Shown: positions 61,025-64,000 of the stretch, piece by piece
Numbering within the stretch: the stretch's first letter is position 1
How the letters are laid out: every line of letters starts with the position of its first letter
Assembly: GCA_963708025.1 (NCBI GenBank)
Contig: CAVPSB010000018.1
Location: forward strand, 1 to 64,000
DNA length: 64,000 nt
Direction: 5' to 3'
Source of the DNA: an uncultured Candidatus Rokubacteria bacterium
GTDB lineage: Bacteria; Methylomirabilota; Methylomirabilia; Rokubacteriales; DASRDR01
Program-made: the position numbers and the translations under genes
The notes under the pieces: model-generated
Seen by the model: only the letters and a program-made list of their open reading frames with translations
What the model was told of the DNA's origin: nothing
The model's database searches: none

Positions 61025-61575
61025 GCCGTCGTCTGCTCCTCCTGAGGCCCCCTGAGGGTCCTGCCCCGCCCTCCGCCTCAGGAGAATGGTGCAGACGGAT
61101 CATTGCGAGGTCCGTCCACTGCGCGAAGATAGGCGTAAGACGAGCCCGCAACTGGCCGGAAGGCGAGGGGGACGCGATGGGGGCCGAGACAGCGACTAGC
61201 TAGGCCAGCCGAAAGGTGTCCGTTCCTGGTGCCCGTGATGGCCGACGGGCTCTGGCTGCGCCCCACGAGCGCATATTGCCGGCGGCCGAATGGCCGCGTG
61301 CGGGTGCCCGCGGTGTTGACGGTCGACTGCATCTGCACGACGCGGGCGCATCTGGTTTGTGCCGGGTACCTCGAGACGTCGGACCAGGCCGCGGCGGCGA
61401 GCGCCGCCTGACCCGCAGTGGGACGTCCCGGCGCCAGTGGGCATCGGCTCCTGATGCCCCGGCGTTGACAGTGCCCGCGCGTGCAAGCTCACGCGAGTGC
61501 CGGCATGAGCGGCGCGCATAGCCGGCCCGACTTCCGCATGGGTTCAAGACAGTCGAGCACCTCATTGGGTCAGGC

Positions 61576-64000
61576 TCATCCGTCTGAACGCTCTTCCTCA
61601 CGCGCCCGGGACTTCTCGCTGTCGCCGCGTGAGCCAAGCGTCACGACGAGGCCGAGCGGCAGGAGCGCGAGCAGCGCACCGGCCACGGCCAGCGTCCAAT
61701 CTCCGAAGTGCAGCGGCTCGAGGTGAAGGACGCCCGCGAGCGGCGGCGTCTGCACGAGGACGATCGCGGACGCGACGGTGGCGGCCGACACTAACCAGGC
61801 GGCGGCCGTGCGGAGCCGGCTCAGCGCCGCCGTCAGGAAGCCACTGGCCAGCGCGAGCGTCACCAGCGCCGCCGCCCGTCCGTGCTCCACACCACCGGGC
61901 TCGCTCGCGCTCCGCACGTATGCCAGGATCACCGCCACGGCGATGATCCCGCCGGTCATCGCGATCAGAAGCCAGTCGCCCCCCCGAAACAGGATCGCCC
62001 GCTGCGGCGCCGCCGCTCGCTGGAGCGGGCCAGCGGGCAATTCCTGGAACACGAGCAATGCCGAGGGATGGATGATCAGCTCGACCCAGACGATGTGCAC
62101 CGGCAGGTAGAGCAGCGGGTAGCCGAGCAGAGGAATCGCGAGCGCGGAGACGACGAAGGGCGCATGAATCATCAGGAGATACTGGAAGCTCGTTCTGAGG
62201 TTCGCGAAGAGCTGGCGGCCCTCGCTGATGGCCCGGACGATCGTGCGGAAGTTGTCGTCGAGCAGCACGATCGCCGCCACCTCGCGGGCGCTCCGCGTGC
62301 CACGCTCGCCCATCGCGATGCCGACGTCGGCCGCCTGGAGCGCCGGCACGTCGTTCACCCCGTCGCCGGTCACCGCCACGATCTCGCCGGCCTCTTGGAG
62401 GCCTCGAACGAGCGTCAGCTTCTGGGACGGCGTGGCCCGGGCGATCACGTCGACGCGCTTGAGCTGCTCCAGCTCGCCGCGGGCCGCAAGGTGCTCCATC
62501 TCGTCGCCGGTCACGACGCGCGGCACCGCCCCGCCGAGCCCGATCTCTCGGGCCACCGCGCGCGCCGTCAGCGGATGGTCGCCCGTCACCATGACGACAC
62601 GAATCCCGGCCGCGTGGCATGTGCGGACGGCTTCGGCCACGCCCTCGCGGACCGGATCCTCGAAGGCCAGCAGGCCGGCCAGCCGAAACCCCGCCGTCGG
62701 CTCCTCTCCCGGGCCGGCTCCGGTCTCCACGGGCCGCCAGGCACAGGCGATGACCTTGTGCCCCTCCTCGGCGAGGGCGGCCACCCGATCCAGCACGCGA
62801 GAGCGCTCGGTCTCGACGGCATCGCACATGCCGACGATCGTCTCCGCCGCGCCCTTGGTCACGGCGATGACCGCGCCATCCCCTCGCGAACGATCGCCGT
62901 CTCACGCTTCCGGCTCTCGGTGAACGGGAAGACGGCCAGACGCTCGACGCCCTCCCGGCAGATCTCGATCCGTCCGGCTTCGGCGATGACGGCGAGGTCG
63001 AGCGGATCGCCACTCTCGGCGCGGGAGGCGAGCGCCGCCAGCCGAAGCAGGGCCGCGTCGTCGACGCCGCCCGCGGATCGGAGATGCGTCAGGCGGAGCC
63101 GGCCTTCGGTGATCGTGCCGGTCTTGTCCGAGCAGATGGTCGTGACGCGCCCGATGTTCTCCACGGACACCGCTCGTCGCACCAGCGCCTGGCGTCTCGC
63201 GAGCCGGTAGACGCCCACGCCGAGGAAGAAGGTGAAGACGACGGGGAACTCCTCCGGCATCGCCGCGACGGCGAGCGTCACGGCGCTCACCAGCGCATCG
63301 AGCCAGCCGTAACCCTGGCGGAGGCGGACCCCGGCCAGGATCAGACAGATGACCGCGGCAATGGCGAGAAGCAGCCCGACGAGGTTCTTGATGGCCTCTG
63401 GAGCGGCGTGAGCGCCCGCCGGCCTCGGACGGCCGACTGGACGATCTCACCGTAGAGAGTCTCGGCGCCCGGTGAAGACGACGCGCAGCAGGGCCTCGCC
63501 CGTCAGCAGGCGCGTTCCCGCGAACCCCCAGTGCAGCGTCTCGACCAACGGTTCGTCCCCCGGGCCGACAGGCTCCTGCAGGGGGCGCTTCGGGACGGGG
63601 TATGCCTCGCCGGTCAACGTCGACTCGTCGGCCTGAAGCTCGGATCCGGCGACGACGAGGCCGTCGGCCGGAAAGGGCTGGCCCGACGCGACGACCGCCA
63701 GGTCCCCCGGCACCAACTCCAGCGCGCTCAATTCGACGCGGCTACCGTCACGCACGACCATTGCCCTCGCGGCGAGGCGGGTCCTGAGTCCCTCGGCGGA
63801 GGCCTGACTTCGCCAGTGGAGGAAGGCGTCCATCCCGACGAGTGGTAGGAGAGCGACGAGCAGGGTCAGGGCTTCTGCGAAGTCCCCGATCCCAGCATAG
63901 AGCAGACTCGTCGCACCCAGGAACCAGAGCATCGGATCCTTCGCGGTGTCACGAGCGAGCTCCCGCCAGCGGGCAGGCGGCGCTTCGACGATCGCGTTGG
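61576..64000 (-). CDS. Cation-transporting P-type ATPase (several frameshifts; 5' end outside window)
   Basis: DESTLTGE, PEE, CSDKTGT, KGA, DP.R, TGD, GDGVND; frame breaks near 62860, 63400, 63460. Confidence 0.9.

Overview
High-GC bacterial chromosome segment. The gene style and the ABC substrate-binding family suggest Candidatus Rokubacteria/Methylomirabilota (inference). Many isolated single-base frameshifts suggest an error-prone long-read assembly. Bases 1-21 kb are mostly housekeeping: peptide ABC permeases, an ECF sigma/anti-sigma pair, folK-folB, dapL-dapB-dapA-lysA, an LptM-like FN3 lipoprotein, argH, plsC, mltG, an orphan rpoA, comEA-comEC, an MFS transporter and a Zn-dehydrogenase. 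At 21.3-24.2 kb a decayed tyrosine-recombinase + IS91-like transposase unit ends in an attC-like site. It is followed by a complete integron-type gene cassette (alpha/beta hydrolase with a canonical attC) and a broken CdiI-like cassette, with no IntI-type integrase. Bases 24-35 kb carry a DUF3142-like pair, PH and PLD proteins, a CoA-transferase, a probably inactive S41 protease, a DinB-like protein and a TRAP transporter. Bases 35.3-60.6 kb form a ~25.2 kb island integrated in the anticodon loop of tRNA-Val(TAC). The duplicated part is the promoter plus the 5' half of the tRNA, and the integrase's last codons encode the tRNA's sigma70 promoter. The island is a mosaic of TA modules, a primase/DUF3987-like replication module, an A-T NRPS, sugar-nucleotide genes, IS110 remnants and three IS91/ISCR ori ends, each joined to different captured gene pieces. 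The window ends in a frameshifted P-type ATPase.
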